DNA from: Arcobacteraceae bacterium | GTDB lineage: Bacteria > Campylobacterota > Campylobacteria > Campylobacterales > Arcobacteraceae | Assembly: GCA_048268245.1 (NCBI GenBank) | Contig: JBLWVX010000011.1 | Coordinates: 1 to 64,000 of the forward strand | Direction of reading: 5' to 3' | Length of the DNA stretch: 64,000 bases | Shown: piece after piece, positions 59,630-64,000 of the stretch | Layout of the letters: every line of letters begins with the position of its first letter | Position numbering within the stretch: position 1 is the stretch's first letter | Position numbers and translations under genes: made by a program | The notes under the pieces: generated by a model | The model's input: only the letters and a program-made list of their open reading frames with translations | Databases searched by the model: none | What the model was told of the DNA's origin: nothing

Positions 59630-62600
59630 TGATTTTTTAGTAGATATACTTTACAAATGGTTATCAAATAATATAAAAGAAGGTCATAGGTATAAATATT
59701 ATTCTGAAAATCATGAATATTTAAAAAGACTTTCTAATTCATTTCATAAATATAATTTAGAGAATTTAATACATAAAGATAATAAACTATGCTATATAAA
59801 GATCAATGAAGTAAAACTGATAATCTTATCTGAATTAGAAATGAACAATGGTTTTATTTCTAATCTTAGAGATGAAAAAATAAAAAATTCTTCACTGTTG
59901 ATATTTGATACTTCAAAAATCGATACATTAGATAGTACAACAATAAATTTAGAGTTAGAAGACTATCCTTTAAACCCAATTCTTATTAAAGATTATTTAG
60001 AAACACTTATTAACGAAGAGACTAAATACCCAACACTTTTTAAGTACTTACTTGAATATCAAACTAAATTTCTAATTGCTGAAGAACAATCTGCATTTGG
60101 ATATGAAGCTTTATACAATTCGGTAATCGATAATAAGATTAATTTTCAAGCTTTTGAATTATTTAAAGATGAAGATCTATATAATTTAGAAAATGATAAA
60201 AAAAGTATTGAAAAAAGAATAAAAGACAATGAAGAAAGATATAGAAAGATTAAAGATACTATTATAAATTTTCCAAATGAATTAGATGAAAAACTTCAAA
60301 GCTATTCACCTGAATTTATAAAAGATAAAATTACAATCAATGATTGGCCAGATTTAACATACAATGACTTAAAAAATGAAGAAGAAAATAATAAAGGTCA
60401 AAAAATATCTTTTGACAAAATAGTAGAAAATATGTTTGGTGTTAAAACTTTTATTAGAAGTACTAGTTCAAGTGCAGCGGGACAAAGAGCCCAAAATATC
60501 ATCATTTTTACAAAAGACTCAAATTTTTCTTTATCTTTTAAATTTAATGGTTATGGAATTAAAACTTCTGAATTTTCAACAGATGCAAAAAATTTAACTA
60601 CTGAACTAAAATATGATGGAGGGAAAAGAGAGCTTACTTTTAGTGTAAAAGATTATGATTTTACACCTAATTTTTTTAATATAAACCTAAAAAGAATTAA
60701 AACTTCAGAAAACCATAAATTTAGAGTTTTATTGGTAAATGAAAATGATTTTAATCTTGATTTAATAAAAAATCATTTCATTATAAAACCTAAAGAAAAA
60801 CATATATTGTTACAACTAGATGAAGATGAATTTAATCTTGACTTTAATCCAAATAAAAATACTTCTATTAAACTTGAAAAGGACAAACAAGAAATAGATA
60901 TAGAAACATTCGGAAAAATCGATATTGAGGAATATTACAAAAACAATGACGAGGTTAACTTTACTATAAAAAATGGAACTAATACTTTAACTTTTTTTGT
61001 AGAGGGATCTAAAGATGAAGATGAGTTCCCAATTCCATTTCTTTTTGATAAAAATAGAGCAAAAGCAAATAGATTATTTAACGACAATAAAAACACAGAA
61101 TTTAATAAATTAAAAAATAAAGCTATTTATGATGGTAGAGAAAAAACTATTGGAGGAGAAAGACTTAATTATATAAAATATGAACAAGAATTTATAGACA
61201 AGAATAAATTTATTTTGAATACTCAAATTGATTCAGATATATCTCATTTAGAAAATATTGACCAAAATATTTATTCTTCATTTAAAGATTTAATTTCATA
61301 CTTTAGAGATAATAGAACGACACCTTCTTTATGTGCTTGGAATGATGAACTATTTGAACTTTCAGAGATATTTATAAACTCTTACTTAGAATATATGAAA
61401 AATATAGAAGAAAATATTTTCTTATCTAATGATGTTATCACTCTTTTTGAATTTGGTTTCGTATATAAAGAAAATAAAAAAATGATGTCACCATTTTCCC
61501 CACTAATTCTTTCATATATAATTAATTTAGTAAAAGAAGTCAAAGAAGATGAATCGTTTAAAAACTTGTCTGATGTGACATTAAATAGATTAAATGCTAA
61601 GGGATTATTTCCATATCTTTACATAAATTCTGAGAATTATGCATTTACAAATGTAGTAAAAGAAAATTCACTATGGTTAGAATTTATTCCAAATGAGGAA
61701 AATGAGTTTTCATATATCAAAAAACTTAGTCTAGAAAAGATTGATGAATTCACAAGTTCATTTCAAGACTTATTTGAATTTAAAAAAGATGCTCCACTCA
61801 TAATCAATAGTATTAATAATTCAAAGAATGAAGAACTGTTTGAAGGAATTGTAACTTTCTATAAAAAAACAATCAAAGAATCAAAAACACCCATAAAAAC
61901 AATAGTAAATATCTATGATGAAAACTATCACTTTACATCATTTGATCTATTTGCAGATCTTGACAAATATGATGATATAAAAAATAAGTTTTCATTTATC
62001 AAAAAAGATGACGATAGTTTAATTGATATTATTCGAACTAATTTAAGCTACAGTAAACATAATATTGATGAAGAACAAAATTACAGTCACCTGTCATTTT
62101 TCAAAAACAATGAAAGAGTGCAAATACAAGAAAGAACTTTCGAACAAACAAAATCAGGTTTGCTTTCAAATGGTTTAATATCCGGAGAAAGTTCACAAAA
62201 AGATGAAAAGTTTTATTACAGTGGGTTTGGACTTAAGAATGTACAAGATTTAACTAAATCACATATTCAATTAGCAAAGATATATAACTCTATGCAAAAA
62301 GCTGTTTATAATCCTGGGGCAAACTACAAATCTAATGAAAATATTTCTTTAATGATTAGTGAAAACTTTAGAACTCTTTTAAAAAAATCATATAAAAGTT
62401 CTTTATGGACAGTAGTAATTGACCCTAAAGTAACTCTTGATTTCTTTGATAATGAAGAAAACCTTATCTTAATTCATTATTCTGATCAATACAGTTCATC
62501 TGCAAACTATGATGCAGTAACAGTAACTGCCCAAAAAGAATTATATTCAAATGTTTTATTTGAAGAATTAGGAAATATAGATAAAGAAAATATTGTAAAA

Positions 62601-64000
62601 CAATTTAATGCATTCAATGGTGAATGGTTAATTAAAATGATTACAGAAAATGATAAGAATAAAAAAGAAAAAGAATCAATAATTTCTGCATACAAATATA
62701 TGACCTCTCTTGTAGATACAGATGAAATTACATGGGTACCTATGTCAGTTGCTGAGATGATAAGAGTTTCAGGAAATGTTGGACTATCGATGTCCGATAG
62801 TGATTTTTCAAGATACAATGAATCTAAAAATGATGAAGATTCAAAACTAAATAAGGGTGCTATTTCAGATGATATTCTTCTTGTTGGATTTAAAGATGAC
62901 CATGTAATTTTATACCCAGTTGAAGTAAAATCAAGTAGTGCAGACATAAAAAAAGCAATAGAACAATCAAAATCTCTTAGAAACTTTTTCTATGAGCATC
63001 TTTTTGAAGGGAATAGTTTAAAAACTAGACTTCTAAAAGGTCTCTTTATAAGACAAGTATTTATGCAAGTAGAGAAATATGAGCTTTATGATATTTTTGA
63101 TGAGTCTTATTTTAATCCATTATATGAAAAAAGAGAACAACTACTAGATGGTGAATTTAAACTAATAGATTTAGATAATTACTCTAAATGTTCAGTGATT
63201 GCATTCTTAGAAAAAGAATACAATACTACAATGAAAATTGAAGAGGATATTGTCTTAAAAATTCAAATGCCATATCCATTTCAAAAGCAAATGATTCACT
63301 TATCATATGATGAACTAAAAGATAAAGTTTACAATGGTACTTTTGGTGGAAATGAAAAATTCATATTATCAAAAACAAGCGAAACAAAAAATGAACCTAA
63401 TGAAAGTACTACAACAATACAAACTATAGAACAAGAAGAAAATTTAGAAGAATCTATAGAAGAAATACCTAATGAAACTACTATTGATACTAAGCCTACA
63501 GAATCGCTAAAACCAATAGAAATTAAATTTGGTATGGATAGTATAGAACACGAAGAGATTTTTTGGTATCCAACAGATACAAGACAAAATCAAAATACTA
63601 ATACAGGTATCATAGGTACTATGGGTACAGGTAAGACTCAATTTACAAAATCACTTGTAACACAACTAGTTAATCAATCTTCAAATAATGTAGGTGCATC
63701 TAAAATAGATATGATTATCTTTGACTATAAGGGTGACTATATTGGAGAAGACTTTGTAAATGCAACTAATGCAACTGTGTATGAACTTGAAAAACTTCCT
63801 ATAAATCCTTTAGAATTATTTGGGAACAAGCCAAAACTTCCTACTCATACGGGTAGGACTTTAACAACTACATTAGCAAAAGCTTTTAATCTTGGTAATG
63901 TTCAAAAATCAATCCTAAAAAATGCAATACAAAATGCTTATCAAGAAAAAGGTATAGAGTCATCAGATAAAGATACTTGGAATTTAACTGCTCCAACTTT
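59610..64000 (+). CDS. dptH: DNA phosphorothioation-dependent restriction protein DptH (DndH), 3'-truncated by the window
   Basis: Frame starts MLKQQYNDFL (GGAG SD) and overlaps dptG; in-frame IHYSDQY, SDDILLVG...PVEVK nuclease motif and GTMGTGKT / FDYKGDY HerA-like ATPase motifs. Confidence 0.88.
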   Translation, partial: MLKQQYNDFLVDILYKWLSNNIKEGHRYKYYSENHEYLKRLSNSFHKYNLENLIHKDNKLCYIKINEVKLIILSELEMNNGFISNLRDEKIKNSSLLIFDTSKIDTLDSTTINLELEDYPLNPILIKDYLETLINEETKYPTLFKYLLEYQTKFLIAEEQSAFGYEALYNSVIDNKINFQAFELFKDEDLYNLENDKKSIEKRIKDNEERYRKIKDTIINFPNELDEKLQSYSPEFIKDKITINDWPDLTYNDLKNEEENNKGQKISFDKIVENMFGVKTFIRSTSSSAAGQRAQNIIIFTKDSNFSLSFKFNGYGIKTSEFSTDAKNLTTELKYDGGKRELTFSVKDYDFTPNFFNINLKRIKTSENHKFRVLLVNENDFNLDLIKNHFIIKPKEKHILLQLDEDEFNLDFNPNKNTSIKLEKDKQEIDIETFGKIDIEEYYKNNDEVNFTIKNGTNTLTFFVEGSKDEDEFPIPFLFDKNRAKANRLFNDNKNTEFNKLKNKAIYDGREKTIGGERLNYIKYEQEFIDKNKFILNTQIDSDISHLENIDQNIYSSFKDLISYFRDNRTTPSLCAWNDELFELSEIFINSYLEYMKNIEENIFLSNDVITLFEFGFVYKENKKMMSPFSPLILSYIINLVKEVKEDESFKNLSDVTLNRLNAKGLFPYLYINSENYAFTNVVKENSLWLEFIPNEENEFSYIKKLSLEKIDEFTSSFQDLFEFKKDAPLIINSINNSKNEELFEGIVTFYKKTIKESKTPIKTIVNIYDENYHFTSFDLFADLDKYDDIKNKFSFIKKDDDSLIDIIRTNLSYSKHNIDEEQNYSHLSFFKNNERVQIQERTFEQTKSGLLSNGLISGESSQKDEKFYYSGFGLKNVQDLTKSHIQLAKIYNSMQKAVYNPGANYKSNENISLMISENFRTLLKKSYKSSLWTVVIDPKVTLDFFDNEENLILIHYSDQYSSSANYDAVTVTAQKELYSNVLFEELGNIDKENIVKQFNAFNGEWLIKMITENDKNKKEKESIISAYKYMTSLVDTDEITWVPMSVAEMIRVSGNVGLSMSDSDFSRYNESKNDEDSKLNKGAISDDILLVGFKDDHVILYPVEVKSSSADIKKAIEQSKSLRNFFYEHLFEGNSLKTRLLKGLFIRQVFMQVEKYELYDIFDESYFNPLYEKREQLLDGEFKLIDLDNYSKCSVIAFLEKEYNTTMKIEEDIVLKIQMPYPFQKQMIHLSYDELKDKVYNGTFGGNEKFILSKTSETKNEPNESTTTIQTIEQEENLEESIEEIPNETTIDTKPTESLKPIEIKFGMDSIEHEEIFWYPTDTRQNQNTNTGIIGTMGTGKTQFTKSLVTQLVNQSSNNVGASKIDMIIFDYKGDYIGEDFVNATNATVYELEKLPINPLELFGNKPKLPTHTGRTLTTTLAKAFNLGNVQKSILKNAIQNAYQEKGIESSDKDTWNLTAPT

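Larger units (their letters stand above)
54898..64000. mobile_element. Island 2: integrative defence island at the ssrA 3' end (right end outside the window)
   Basis: P4-type integrase directly downstream of the tmRNA CCA, arm-type repeats and dptFGH cargo; second att site not visible. Confidence 0.8.

Noticed and set aside
62507..62947. 146-aa minus-strand ORF and apparent gene desert at 59.6-64 kb
   Set aside because: The region is the long plus-strand dptH frame; the listed ORF is its antisense shadow.

Overview
This is an AT-rich chromosomal window from a Campylobacterota bacterium, most likely Arcobacteraceae (inferred from gene content and the tmRNA tag ANNTNYAPAYAKAA). Positions 1-41.0 kb are mostly core genes: rnhB, msrA/msrB, bioA, purH/purL, cell-shape peptidases, mgtE, folE, a competence T2SS-like E/F pair, era, comM, def-clpP-tig, two ppk2, nspC with rubredoxin and carboxynorspermidine dehydrogenase, plus a few orphans and an IS3 scar. 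From 41.1 kb on, two integrative islands flank the tmRNA gene (ssrA, 54500-54897). Island 1 (41130-54558) is bounded by a perfect 61-bp duplication of the ssrA 5' end, so it integrated at the 5' end and appears to supply a replacement ssrA promoter. It carries two tyrosine recombinases, a serine resolvase, a Type I RM system, RNase HI, a Rep-like gene and decaying KilA-N/antirepressor genes. It also has six tandem motifs shaped like T7-type phage RNA polymerase promoters, and I found no GATC in about 13.3 kb by manual scan. Together these suggest a satellite-like element responding to T7-like phages; this is a hypothesis. Island 2 starts at the ssrA 3' end with a P4-type integrase, an XRE regulator lacking a canonical start codon, and dptFGH phosphorothioation-dependent restriction genes. 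dptH runs off the end of the window.
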